64,000 bases of DNA. Origin: the human T2T-CHM13v2.0 reference genome, Homo sapiens. The stretch lies in the NCBI RefSeq assembly GCF_009914755.1, contig NC_060935.1, one strand, 5' to 3'. Numbering within the stretch: the stretch's first letter is position 1; each line of letters starts with the position of its first letter. This document shows, one piece after another, positions 49,194-64,000 of this stretch. Under the pieces are notes generated by a model. That model saw only the letters and a program-made list of their open reading frames with translations. It was not told where the DNA came from and did not search any database. The position numbers and the translations under genes were made by a program.

Positions 49194-49468
49194 TTTCCTG
49201 TTATTAACATCTTTTATTTTATTTTATTATTATTATACTTTAAGTTAGGGTACATGTGCACAATGTGCAGGTTAGTTACATATGTATACATGGGCCATGC
49301 TGGTGTGCTGCACCCATTAACTCACTCATAGGTGGGAATTGAACAATGAGAACACATGGACACAGGAAGGGGAACATCACACTCTGGGGACTGTTGTGGA
49401 GTTGGGGGAGGGGGGAGGGATAGCTTTAGGAGATATACCTAATGCTAAATGATGAGTTAATGGGTGCA
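49194..49468 (-). mobile_element. Very short L1PA 3'-end insertion with 5' inversion and extra 3' sequence
   Basis: Antisense L1 terminus 49212-49324 joined to sense 3'UTR 49325-49468; TSD catcaaacactttt at 49180-49193 and 49467-49480. Confidence 0.9.
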
Positions 49469-50896
49469 TCAAACACTTTTGGTCTATACTGTTTTGATGT
49501 AATATCTGATTAATAGAAAAAACAATTATGAATCCAGCAACCAACTGGAGAACTAAAACAGTACCAAGAGTAACAATAATTTTGAAGCTCACTGCATGAT
49601 ATTCTCCAATCCCATCTGCCTGTATTCTCTCAAGAGGAAACCAACAGCCTGAAATATGTGTTCATAATCTTTGTGATTTAAGACAATTATGTTATGATGC
49701 ATAGATATATATTTTAACATACATTCTTTATTTTTCTTCTTTTTTTAACATTGCTAAGATTGCATTATGACATATGTAGTTATTTGTGATTTGCTTTTTT
49801 TCTTCAATCTTTGTTTTTAAGATTTCTCCACAGTGTTCAAGGTAATTGTAATTTATTTATTTTATCTAATAAATAATCATCTAATGTGTATACATATAAA
49901 ACATATGTATTCATTATTCTATTATCAGACTTTGGATTGTTACCAGATTAATTTTTCCCCTATTAAAACAATTTTGGACTGCCACTAATAAGCATGGCAG
50001 GGTAGTTTGTACCATATTAGGCCTCAATTGTAGACTATGAAAAAAAATGAATAAAATATATGGAACAGTTGTTGTCATATATTGGATAACAGGCATTGCA
50101 GGAATGTGATCCCTCAGAGAATAAAAAACAGTGAAGTTAACCATTATCCTAGTGTTTTTCCAGGAATTTTTTTTTATCAGAAACTGACCCAGATAGGAGA
50201 AATCCAAGATGATCACAAGTTTCATAGAGCTGAAAGGACAGAGAGGGAGATCAGTGAAGCTGAGGTGACTGAAATTTATAGGGCAAGTAACAGGAATAGA
50301 GGAGTTACACAAAGAACAACTTCCAGACATCTGCATTAGGATCTCATTGAATATATGAACAAATACCAAGCTATGAGTGTACAGGGCGGAAAAACTAAGA
50401 AAAACTAGTAGAGAAGGAACAAAAAAAACAGAAAACCTGAAAACCAACAAAGAGCCAGATATTGAACTGGGTTGGGAAATCTTCAAACTCCAGTTAACCA
50501 CATAAAACCTCTTTGAACACCATGGTTCACTCAGTAGAGAGTGAAAAAAAGACCAGGTCACAGGGGTAGGGTTAATCTAGTTCTAAAATAAAGACTATTT
50601 TTAACTCACCCTAAAAAAGATTACAAACAAGTTTTACAAGGATTAAACTAAACCACAAATAAATTAGCTGCATGCCAGAAAAAAATTTGCCAATGATTAA
50701 AGGACAAAAACAAAATTCAGAGACCTGATAATGTGAAGCCTCTAATAAAAATTGGTAGAAATGTGAAGAAACTACAACAAAAAGAATATATGGACTATAA
50801 ACAGGAGATAAATCAGTCAATAAAACATTCCCAGAAATATCAGAAATGTTGGAATAAACAAAGTATTTTGTGGCAGCTCTTAATATGTTTAGTCAT

Positions 50897-51751
<855 letters not shown>

Positions 51752-52840
51752 GTCATTTAAAGGAAAACATCAATATAATCAAGAGAGAAATAGAAGTTAT
51801 CTTTATGAAAGTTTTAGAATAAAAAAAGTGAAAAAATGTACTAGATTGGATTTACAGTGGATTAGACACTGCAGAAGAAAAGATCAATGAATTTGAACAT
51901 AGAGCATTACAAACTGTAAAATATACTAGATAAAGAGAAGTAAAATGGAATTATAGGTATTGCTTTATGGAACAATTAGCTACATAACGTATATCAAGGT
52001 TTAGTCTCAGAAGATAGGGATAGAACAAAAATATTTTGAAGAGTATAAAAATATATTATCTGTATTGTTGTAAAACTTAACCCTACAGATCTCCAACGCT
52101 CAATGAAATATAAACAGGGTAAAAACAAAGAAAAATGTGGGAAGATACAACATAAACTAATTGATGAAAAACAAAAATAAAAGGAGAATCTTAAATAGTT
52201 CACTTGGAGTTATGTATCCAGTGAAAATATTCTTCAAAAAATTAAATACATTTATTCTTTTAAAAATAAAGACATTTTTAGCTAAAATAATTTGCTGCAG
52301 GAGAAAACACCACAAGAAATGTTAAGGAAAATTATTTAGATTGCAGGAAATGTAATACTGTTTTAAAACTCCACAAAAAAAGAGCAAGAAATGTTTTTTT
52401 AAAATATATGTGTACATATAAAGTATATTTGCTGTTTTTAATTTCTAAAATTTTCTATTTCCAGTTGTTTTGTAAAGAAAAAATATAATAATGTGTTAGA
52501 GGGTTTGTAAAGTATGTAGAAATAATGTGTATGAAAAGAATGGCACAAAGGGTAGGAAGGAGAACCGGTAAGCATAATATTGTCAGATTCATATCGCAAA
52601 CTTTAAAATAATCAAACACATAGCACAAAAAACAAAAGGCTGTATTAAATAAACTAGTATAAGACTAAAATGAAATACTAAAAACTAATAAAAATAAGAC
52701 AAGAGGAAAAAAGATATGAAAACTGATGGGATAGACAGAAAATGTATATTATAATGCTAGACTTAAACCCAACCACAGGTAATTATATTAAATGTAAATT
52801 CACAAACTAAACCAAAGAAAAACATTGTCAGACTAGGTTG

Positions 52841-53904
52841 AAAACACCAAAAGCAACGGCAACAAAAGCCAGAATTGACAAATGGGATCTAATTAAACTA
52901 AAGAGCTTCTGCACAGCAAAAGAAACTACCATCAGATTGAACAGGCAACCTACAAAATGGGAGAAAATTTTCACAACCTACTCACCTGACAAAGGGCTAA
53001 TATCCAGAATCTACAATGAACTCAAACAAATTTACAAGAAAAATACAAACAACCCCATCAAAAAGTGGGCAAAGGACATGAACAGACACTTCTCAAAAGA
53101 AGACATTTATGCAGCCAAAAAACACATGAAAAAATGCTCACCATCACTGGCCGTCAGAGAAATGCAAATCAAAACCACAATGAGATACCATCTCACACCA
53201 GTTAGAATGGCAATCATTAAAAAGTCAGGAAACAACAGGTGCTGGAGAGGATGTGGAGAAACAGGAACACTTTTACACTCTTAGTGGGACTGTAAACTAG
53301 TTCAACCATTGTGGAAGTCAGTGTGGCGATTCCTCAGGGATCTAGAACTAGAAATACCATTTGACCCAGCCATCCCATTACTGGCTATATACCCAAAGGA
53401 CTATAAATCATGCTGCTATAAAGACACATGCACACGTATGTTTATTGTGGCACTATTCACAATAGCAAAGAATTGGAACCAACCCAAATGTCCAACAGTG
53501 ATAGACTGGATTAAGAAAATGTGGCACATATACACCATGGAATACAGTGCAGCCATAAAAAATGATGAGTTCATGTCCTTTGTAGGGACATGGATGAAAT
53601 TGGAAATCATCATTCTCAATAAACTATCACAAGAACAAAAAACCAAACACCGCATATTCTCACTCATAGGTGGGAATTGAACAATGAGAACACATGGACA
53701 CAGGAAGGGGAACATCACACTCTGGGGACTGTTGTGGGGTGGGGAGAGGGGGGAGGGATAGCTTTAGGAGATATACCTAATGCTAAATGACGAGTTAATG
53801 GGTGCAGCACACCAGCATGGCACATGTGTACATATGTAACTAACCTGCACATTGTGCACTTGTACCCTAAAACTTAAAGTATAATAATAATAAAATAAAA
53901 AAAA
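52841..53904 (+). mobile_element. 5'-truncated L1PA (about 1.06 kb of the 3' end)
   Basis: ORF2 C-terminal peptides at 52838-53284 and 53309-53680, 3'UTR and A-tail; no clear TSD. Confidence 0.95.
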
Positions 53905-56900
53905 GAAATGAGAAAAAAAAGACCTTATAATATACTATCTGCAAGAAAGCAACTTTAAAAATGATTTTTTATATATGAAGATATATATGTTAAAAGCAGA
54001 AAGATTAAAAACGTGTACCATGCAAATACTCATCATAGGAATGTTGAAGAGAGTATCTTAATATCAAAGTATAATGTAGCACAGAGTGTTGCCTAAGATA
54101 AGGATGAACATTTTATGATAATAAAAAGATTAACTTTTCAAGAAGACATTCAAATCCAAAATGTATATGCACCTAGTAACAGAGCTTTACAATGTATGAA
54201 GCAAAAGTTGACAGTACTTAACAGGAAATTGATATTTTACTATAATAGTTGGAGATTTTAACACTCTTCTCTAGTAATTTATCAATTACAAGAACAGCAG
54301 GACAGAAAATCAGTAAATAACCTTATTCTCCAGTAATTTATCAATTATAAGAAGAACAAGAAGACAGAAAATCAGTAAAGTACAGAAGACATGAACACAA
54401 CTATTAACCAACTTGACCTAATTGATATTTAAAGAACTCTACCAACCAACAGCAGAATACACTTATCTGCACATGGAATATTCACCAAGATAAATTATGT
54501 GTTGGGCCGTAAAACAAGTCTTACCCCTAAAAAAGACTAAAAACGAAGAGCGTATGCTCTCTAATTGCAACAAAATTAAATTATGTATCAATAACAAAAG
54601 AATACTTTAAAAATCACCAAATATTTAGAAATTCAAAACACACATCTAAATAACAAAATGATCAAGAGGAAATCACAAAAGAAAGTAGAAAATATTTTTA
54701 ACTGAATAATAATGAAAACACAACATGTGTGTGATATAGTTAAAGCAATACTTAATGGTAAATTTTTGTCATTTAAAAGGGAAAATTCAAAATTTAATGA
54801 TCTAAACTTCTACCTTAAACAAATGGAAAATGAAATTAATTTAAGATGAAAGATAGTAGAAGAAAAGAAAGATTAAGTAGTAGATATCAGTTAAATTAAA
54901 AATGGACAGATAATAAGGAAAAAGTAAAACTCAAATCTCATTTTTAGAAAATATTAATAAAACTGATACACATCAAAAACAAGAGATAAAATTTAACCAA
55001 TATCAATCATGAAAGAGGAAACATCACTACGTCTCTATCCTAAAACATTTAAAGTACAGGAAGGCAATGTTAACTGACAACATTTAATTTTACAACTAGG
55101 TCAAATAAAAAAGCTCCTTAAAATAAATAATTCTTATAACTGGCACAAGTAGAAACAGAAAATATGAATTTTTCCATATCTATCAGTGAAATTAAATTTG
55201 TAATTAAAAACCCTTATACTATAAAAAATTGAGTCCCAGTTAGTTTCGTTGATGAATTCTATCAAACATGTAAAGAAGAAATTATATAACGTGGCCAACC
55301 AACTTGGATTTATCTCAGGAATGTACAGTGTTTTAACTATTAAAAAGCAATTTATATAATTAGTCACATGAATGGGATAAAAGAAAATAATCTTACATCA
55401 TCTTAGTAAATACAGAAAATGCATATAACAAAATCCATTATACACGATGAAACTGTCAAATATGTAGGATTAGAGGGAAACTTTCTCATCTAGGAAAAAT
55501 ACACCTACAAAAAGTCAATATTCAGCATCGTAATGGTAAGAGACTAAAATATTTCCCCTTTCCTTTTATCACCACCTCTGTTCCACACTTAACGGGAGAC
55601 CTGGACAGTATAGTCAGGCATTAAAAATAATAATTATGGCTTTGAGATGGAAAAGGAAGGAATAAACCTGCCTCTGATTGGAGGTGGCATAAATGTGTAT
55701 GTGTATTTTCAAGAATCTACAACAAAAACCCTAAAATTAATATTTAGGGATAAACTAAACAAAATACGCAGAAGACCTGTACACTGAGAATTTGCATAAC
55801 ATTTATGAGAGAAATAAAAGAATACCAAAATAAGGAGATATACCGTGTTCATGGAATACAAGACTCAATAGTGTTCAGAAGTCAATTCTCTCACAGTTGA
55901 TATATGTATTAAATATTATCCAGTCAAAATCCTAGCCTGCTTCTACTTTTGTGAAATTTAGCAAGCTACTTCTGAAACTTACATGAAATTCAAAGCATAT
56001 GAAATAGCCAAAGGTAGAAAAAGAAACAAACTTAGAAGACTTGCACTACTTAATTTAAAGATTTACTCAATATTTATTCTAAAAGTAATGATAATCAAGA
56101 AAATGAGACATTGGCATAAAGATAGGCTTATAGATTAATGCAACAGAAGAAAGCTCAGAAATTTACCTGCCTTCTAAAGTCCATCAAAAAAATGCCACTT
56201 TATTCAATAGGGAAAGGGTAATATTTTGAATAAGTAGTGCTGAAACAAATGGATATCACTGTTAAATAAGTTGATCCTTTAACCATATCCTGTACCATAA
56301 ACAGCAAATAAACTTAAATTGGATCATAGCCCTAAATGTAAATCTCTGTATTCTGTATAGATTTCTACATACCTAAATGTAAATCTATGTATTTTCTATG
56401 TATTCTACAAATACATAGAACAATATCTCACTTTTTACTTTCTGGAGTCAGAAAATACTTCTTAAGACAGAAAACGAAAAACCACTAAGAAAACAATAAG
56501 ATTAAAAGAACTTCATCAAAATTAAAACCTGCTTTTGTCAAAAGACAATGGTAAGAAAATAAAAAGGCAAGCTCAGATTGGAAGAAAATATGTGCAATAT
56601 ATATTTGATAAAGAACTTGTATCCAGTATGAACTAATAATTCTTACATTTAATGCTGGGAAGGAAAAAATGCAACATAAAAAATGAACCAAAGATTTGAG
56701 TATGCGAATGGCTAATAAAAACATCCAAAGTAGCTCCAAGTTGTTAGTCATCAGGCAATATAAATTGAAACCACACTTTAGTATCACTACAGTACTACAA
56801 AAATGACTAAAATTAAATGATTGACAATACCAAGTATTTTCAAAGATGTAGAACAACTGGAAATTTCCTACACTGTTGGTAGACATGTTAAATTATACAG

Positions 56901-59900
56901 GTACAATGGAAAAATAGTCTGGTAAGTACTTATACAGTTGAACATTTACTTACCGTACATTCTAGAATTTCTATGCTTTTTACTTACCCCAAAGAATTAA
57001 AAATGTGTGTTCACAAATACTTGTATAAAGTTTTATTCATAATAGCCTAAAACTGAAAACCAAATGTCCAACAGTCAGCAGGCGTCTGGATAAACAAACT
57101 GTAGCATATCCATATATCGATATACTCCTCGGCGATTAAAAGGAATTAACTACCGATGTGCACAACAACTTAAATGAATCTTATAAATCTTACACAGAGA
57201 GACAGAAGACATACTCAAAATACTACGTAGTGTATTATTCAATTTACATAAAAGTATAAAACTGGTGAAAGTGTTCCTAAATTATGGACATCAGCTCATT
57301 GATTGCCTGGGACATGGGTGAAATAATTGGGAAGAGATATGAGGAAGAACTTGGGGTTTATAAAAAATGTTCTATATCCTAATTTTCCTGATTGTTCTCA
57401 TGGTAAAGGCAAGGGTCCAAGAGTGAGAGCAGCACAAAAGAATTAAAGCTACAATATAGTGGCCAAAGCAAATCATAAGGCAAGCCATACTCAAAGCATG
57501 GGTTAAGAGACTCCATTTTCTAATGGTAAGATGTGCAAAGTTACCCAGTGAAGGATGTGAATACAGGCAGTGATGGAGAATTAAGAACAGTTTTTCAATT
57601 AATCTGCTATACTGACCAAGGTCCCACATTTTGCATTCTTTCTATTTTCATTTATTCTCCCAACAACCTAACCAGTATTTTCCTGAGCTCATGTCTTTCT
57701 TCTAATAATTCGATGAATGTAGCTAGTAATAATCACACATTTTTAACGTTCTGTCTTGTAACTCCTTTTCTAGGTTTAGAAGCGTTTCAGATTACCTTTC
57801 TAAGCTCTCAAGGATGACAGTTTTACCAAATGTTTTCCGCTGCATAGCATGACACTTCATCTCCTCATTCTCCAGTATGCATTCGTTTCCATCTTCATCC
57901 TCACTGTCATGGAAATTCCAAATATTTACTGTGTTGTTCTGTCAGTTACCCGTTTTCATTTTTATGTATTAAGTTCTATATTAGTAAGATAATGCTAGAA
58001 GGCATAAAAAAGAAACCCTAGAAAGTCTGGAGCTTAGCAAGGTATACATTTATATCTCATTCATGTAACATCTGACAGAATGTTATTAGTTAGCATTGGT
58101 GAGGTAACAATTTTGTACTTTTCTCTACACAGTCGTTTAGAAACTCAGTCCTGCTATTTTCAACTTGTTACTTACAAATTTATTCTGGGTATTGATATCA
58201 AACTGCCCAACAAAAGAAGAGTAGAGAGTCATAGATTTTTAAAAACAATTCTTCTATACTTGATTGCCAGAAATCATCATAGCCGTAGCCTAAAAAAAAA
58301 AAAAAAAAAAAAAAGGCAAATGTATGTCCAGGAGACCAAAAAAACAAAAAGGATTTTGGAAAGAGATGAGGTTTCCAGCCTTTGCTATATACCTCGTTTG
58401 TTTGTAAAATTATACTCGTCTTTTCTACTATTTTATGATTTTGTCATTAATTTCAGTATTTATTTCTAAAGTCAGAAGCTCATCGATATCTTAACCATCT
58501 TCCTCCCCAAAATGAAAGAACTTCAGGACACATTAGCTTATGACTTCTTTTTTTTCATTACATGCTCTTTTTGATCAGTATTTTAGTACTGTCCCTTTTT
58601 ATACACACACATTATTTTTATTGCTGTTGCTATTACTATTATTTGTGTTTTTTCTTACCACTTCTTGCATCTTAAACTTTCTTTCTGGAGTCATTATTCT
58701 CCTTCTTGAAGTGTATATCCTTTAGTAATGGTTTATTGGTGAAAAACTTGTTCAATATTTGTAGATTTGATATCTTTATCTCCTTTTTCACTCCTAAAGA
58801 AAAATTTACAGGATACAAAATTATTAGTTTATAGGTGCTTTTACTCTCTTTTCCGCTATATTGAACATAATTGTTCCAACATCTTTTCCTGCTTCCATTG
58901 CTGCTGTTGAAAAGCCAGTAGACATGCTAATCATTGTTATTTTGTAAATTATCTGTCTCCCTCTCTGGCTACTTTTAATATATGTCATAGGTGTTCTGTG
59001 GCTTTAGTCATGCTTTGTATATATTGTATTTCCTGTGCTTATGGATTCATGTCCTTCATTTTAGGAAAATTGTATGCTGAATACTTTTCAGATATTACAT
59101 AGTCTTCTCTCTCTCTCTCTTGCTCTCACTCTCTCTTAACTCTATCTCTATATCTATTATCTTAGATTGGACTTACACCCTCTAGCTTTATACTACATGT
59201 CTACTAACTGATGCCCATATTTATGTATTTTCTGTCTCCCTTCCTCTCAGTGCCTCATTCTGTATATGAAGCTGTAATCTATCTATCACTTTTGGAAATA
59301 TTCTCTTCAACTATGTCTAATTTGATGTATAACCCAGCCATTGAGCTTTACGTTTATGTGATTATATTTTTGTCTTTAAATGTCTATTTTATTTTTAATC
59401 TGAATATTTACTTTTATTGTCATATCTTCCTTGATCATTTTTAACCCATGACTATTTTTACTCCAAGTTTTATTGCTGTGAACGTTCAATATGAAGTTAT
59501 GTGCTGTTCTGTATTTTGTGATTCTGGGATAACTGAATAAGAACAATTTAATAAATTGGAGCAACAAAATCAAAAAGTAAAATTCCACTATCAAAATACG
59601 CAGATTACCAAATATAGCTTTTAAGTCAAAAATTAAATCTAACCATTTGCCATTTAGAGGAAATTAGATTAAAACAAAGTGACATACCATGAAAAAAAAA
59701 AGCTAAAAATAATAGGATAAATAGACAATGAGCGTGAGGTTAATGGAGTGTTTCTTAAAAGGATAACTTAAAGCAAAAATTAGAAAGAGGGCCATTGTAT
59801 TTGGTAAAGGATAATTACAACTCTAAAAATAATAATAACTTTTATGAACAGGTATTTTCAGAGAGAAAATTCATCAAAACACAAAATAAAACTTATATAA

Positions 59901-60445
59901 GAAGATACTGGTAGTAATGATAGTAGTGGGAAATTAACACACCTATCTCAGTCTGACAGATCAGTGAAGATGAAAATAAAGAGGACATAGAGTAGTAGTT
60001 TTCTGGGGAGTGAGGGGAGGAGTGAGCAGACTCCAGGACCCTTTTTCCTGCTTCAAGCAGAATACTTTGCATCTATTGATATGGGTTATTTTAGTGTACA
60101 AGGATTCCATAGGAGGTAAACTGTTCTGAAATTATTAAAAACATGAAAGCAATATCTGAATGACAACTAACAAAAGCTATATAAAAACTAATTTTTAAAC
60201 TTTTATCATAAATAAAATATACTTTTTTCCCAATAACATGGAACTTGTACCAAAAATTAATTCTGTATGCAAAGATTCTCAGCAGGTTCCTGAAAGTAGA
60301 AAGTGTATATCACTCTGTGTATCAATACGTATCATATGTGGCCATACGTTTGATGTCAGCATAAAAGATAGTCATATGATTTTATTATTAATCATGAATA
60401 ATAATTATACTGATCATTCAGCTCAAAAAGTTAAAGTATAATAGG

Positions 60446-60538
60446 AATTATATATAAAGTATAAATATATACATTATATATAAAGTATAAGTATATACAT
60501 TATAAAGTATAAATATATAAATATATATAAAGTATAAG
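60446..60538. repeat. AT-rich tandem repeat (unit about attatatataaagtataaatatatac)
   Basis: Directly visible repeated units. Confidence 0.8.
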
Positions 60539-63190
60539 AGGAATTAGTAAATTTAAAAACAGAAACTCATGAATTACAACAAAAAAGTAATAAAAACTTA
60601 AAATGCTTATTTTAGAGACCAATAAAATAGACAAACTTCTGTCATAGTCAATCATTTAAAACTTATTATATCTATCATTTATTGGGTGCTTACAATATGC
60701 CATGTATTTTACTAAGTAATTTATAATAATTTATCTCACTTAATCTTCAAAATAGTATTTTGACAATCATTCATTCACTTATTTCATAAGCATTTATTAA
60801 CAATATACCAAACATATGAGGCACTGGGGACATACTGCTTTAACAAAATTCCACTGCCCTAAAGATATTTGCATTTTGGAGGAATAAACAAATATCTTCA
60901 TTTTACAGATGAGAAACAAAATTTAGAGAACTTAGGCAAATTTCCCGAGGTCACCATAGCATCTTTGTGCCCAAATCATATTAGAACCCAGGTTTCTCTG
61001 AAGGTCCGTGCTCCTAACCAATATGTAGTGTTATTTCTGTGGGGGAAAATACAGAAAACATATATTCATACCATATAAATTATAAAGAATATGCAAGGAG
61101 CATCATTATATTATTGTAAACTAGGGTTTTTTGCCTGCTACTTTGTGCCAGGCTGTTTAAATCTTTCAAGATTCACAACTACTCTCTGACATAAGTCGTA
61201 ATATTTCCACCATACGTTACAATTGAGAAACCTAAAGAAATGAAATGTTAAGTTACTTGTAGTTGCAGAGCTACCTCTATACCCAGTCAGTCTGGCTGCA
61301 GAACCTACACTTAACTACTAGAATATGTAACCAGCTGTGATTAAGACTGTTTTAAACTAAACAATTACAATTTATATAACTTGCTGCTAAAACATTGAAA
61401 TTATAGATAAAATAGTTGGTTTTCTAGTGAAATGTGAATTGCCAAAGTTGGCATAAGCAGAAATTTAAACAATACAATCAAGGAAAACACAGTCAAAAAA
61501 CTAACTCCACTGACGGTGGCAGACCCAGGTAACTTTGTGAGAATCCTATCAGTATATGAAGGCAAATATAATTTCCCTACAATTTAAGTTGATACAGAAT
61601 ACAGAAAATAGGAATATTCTGGCTTGTTTACCAAGCAGTCACTCACCATTATGCTACTGCATCTGTCAAAGTTATCCATAAACAAACCATGAACTCACCA
61701 ACGAATAAGCTCACAAACAACCTTAATAAGCTACAGACAATCTCACCTCTGAATATATGCAAAAATTCTAGGATCTATTAAAAGAATAATATGTCAGACT
61801 CATATAAAGGATATTCCAAAATGCAAGGTTCATCCTTTCTGGACATTGAATACATGCACCTACACCAACAAGCAAAAATTGCCAACTCCTTCATCCAGCA
61901 ACTTCAATTTTATGTTTTATTCCTAAGGAATAAAGCAGAAAGGTATTCGAAGATACGTAAGGATGTTTATCATAATGTCACTTATAATGGAGAACATTGC
62001 TATCACTCCTTAGGAAAAAATAATAGGAAAACATCTTACACTTAACGGTTATAATCTATGGTAGACTGTTACAAGAGACATAAGTAAGATACACAAAGCA
62101 TTTTGTTATTTAAAAGAAAAAATTCTAGCTGGCTACACAAATTAGGACTTTGCTGAAGAGGAGGCATTTAGGACAGGTCTCAGAGGATGAGTAGCATTTT
62201 AGCAGATATGATTGGAAACACAGACGGATGTGTTTCTGGGTCAGGAGATCCAGAAAGAAGTAGTGAGAAATCAAACTGAAAAAGTCGACTGGGTCCAAAG
62301 CATGAAGTGTATTAAATATAAATAGTACTAAATAAATCAGTGGAACAGAATTGAGAAGCCTGAAGCAGATTCACATATGTGGGAACAAATTATATGACAA
62401 AAGCAACATTTTAAATATTGTGGGACACGGAGTTTTACTTATTTAATGATGCTGAAATAATCACTTACATTCCCTATGTCACATCAATAAACAAATATAC
62501 TCCAGTTGGGTGAGAGATCCAAACATTTTAAAATGATACAAAATGCTACCAAATACTTCAGAAAATACGGACAAACTTAGGTTTATAGATAATTTTCTAA
62601 ACACACAAAAAATCGGAAGTCAGGAAGGAAACTATAGACGTGTTTTCTTCTCGCCAAAAATGATTATAAAATTGTATTACAGGCACCATCATAAACTAAC
62701 AATACACTGGGGAAGAATAGTTCTATGGCCCTAAAACACAAAGAACTCTAAGAAATTAACACAAATAAGCGAATAAAGCAAGCAAAATAATAAAAAAAAC
62801 ATAAGCAAACATTTCACAGAAATGCAAATGCAAATGGCCAATAAAATCATGAAAAGATGTTCAACCTCCTTAGGGTTCAGGAAAATATTAAGCAATAAAA
62901 TACCATTTTTTGCCCTATAAATACTAACAAAGCTTCAAGCAGATTGATCAAATGCGATGCTGGCAAAGATATAGGGAAACAGTATCACATATTACCAATA
63001 GGTAGGGAAACTGCTTGTATATTATTGAAAAACAATTTGGCAGTACTTATTAAAATGGAAAATGTGCATGTCCTTTGATCCATCAGTCCTGCTTTTGTGA
63101 ATGACTGCTACAGAAAATAGAATAGTACGTGAAATATGTGCAAGGTTATTTATAGCAGCATTGATTTTTAATGATTAAAAAAAGAAAAAT

Positions 63191-63495
63191 GCCGGGCATG
63201 CTGGCTCATGCCTGTAATCCCAGCACTTTGGGAGGCCTAGGCGGGCAGATCACTTGAAGTCAGGAGTTCGAAAACAGCCTTGCCGACATGATGAAACACC
63301 ATCTCTACTAAAAACGCAAAAATGAGCCGGGCATGGTGGCAGCACACCTGTAATCCCAGCTACTTGGGAAACTGAGGCAGGAGAATTGCTTCCGAGAGGT
63401 GCAGGTTGCAGTGAGCTGAGATCGTGCCACTGCACTCGAGCCTTGGCGAAAGAGCAAGACTCTGTCCCAAAAAATATTAAAAAAAAAAAAAAAAG
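63191..63495 (+). mobile_element. AluS (Sz/Sx-like)
   Basis: Full dimer, gatcacttgaagtcaggagttcga, long A-tail. Confidence 0.93.
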
Positions 63496-63894
63496 AAAAA
63501 CCTCCGCTGCTTTCAATGTTTACCTAAAAGGGGGCAGTTGATTAAGCTGGTACATCTATACAATGAAATAATTTGCAACTATTAAGCAGAATAAGTCAGG
63601 CTAATTATTGAATATGATCATTAAATAATAAAATAGCAAATATACAAAATTTATATTTAAAAAATAACAAAACAGAAATATTACATGTGTGAACATATGC
63701 TTCACGGAGATGAAGTGGGAGATTATGTGTAAACTGTATTTGCTATTTGGCCAGAAAATAAGATTTGCAGGGTTGGAGGCAGGACAAGTTTTAATTTACT
63801 TAATTCCTAACCCTTTGGTTTGACTCATTGCAATAAGCACATATATGTTAGTAATTTTGCCAAGTTACTGTTGTCATTTACAAAAACATAACAA

Positions 63895-64000
63895 TTTTTT
63901 TTCTTTTTTTTTTTTTTTTAAGATGGAGTTTGGCTTTTGTTGCCCAGGCTGGAGTGCAGTGGCGCGATCTCGGCTCACTGCAACCTCCGCTTTCCGGTTT
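63895..64000 (-). mobile_element. AluS (Sq/Sp-like), cut by window end
   Basis: Poly-T then gatggagtttggcttttgttgcccaggctggagtgcagtggcgcgatctcggctcactgcaacc. Confidence 0.92.

Larger units (their letters stand above)
58400..63800. mobile_element. Mosaic of very old L1M fragments (antisense about 58400-59540, sense from about 59560 on) with MIR/L2 pieces at about 60660-61320
   Basis: cattttacagatgagaaaca (MIR core); caaacatttcacagaaatgcaaatggccaataa...aagatgttcaacctc (L1 ORF2 end). Not resolved further. Confidence 0.5.

Noticed and set aside
49914-50561. 215-aa minus-strand ORF (and the 163-aa ORF at 12606-13097)
   Set aside because: Antisense frames of A-rich old LINE sequence with F/L/S-biased composition and no recognisable domain.

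Overview
Primate (human or great-ape) genomic DNA, as shown by AluY/S/J, L1PA and THE1/MLT repeats. The window is almost all intron of contactin-5 (CNTN5, + strand). The only host coding sequence I can support is one 103-nt exon at 5297-5399 ([35 protein letters not shown]), the start of an Ig-like domain. The rest is a dense, nested transposon landscape: a full-length inactive L1PA (38230-44387, -), a 5'-inverted L1PA inside a MaLR (351-3449), further L1PA 3' fragments, a near-full-length Tigger1, a complete THE1D-type provirus, MLT2 LTRs, an HML-like solo LTR, Alus, and old L1M/L2/L3/MIR pieces. The longest ORFs in the track are transposon-derived. The most unusual signal is that the three larger L1PA copies share private, mostly AT->GC substitutions in a patchwork, including an identical ORF2 nonsense mutation. 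This points to ectopic gene conversion among L1s, two of which form an inverted pair around the CNTN5 exon. I found no evidence for a novel protein-coding system. Repeat subfamily names and consensus comparisons are from recalled consensus sequences, not from a run search.
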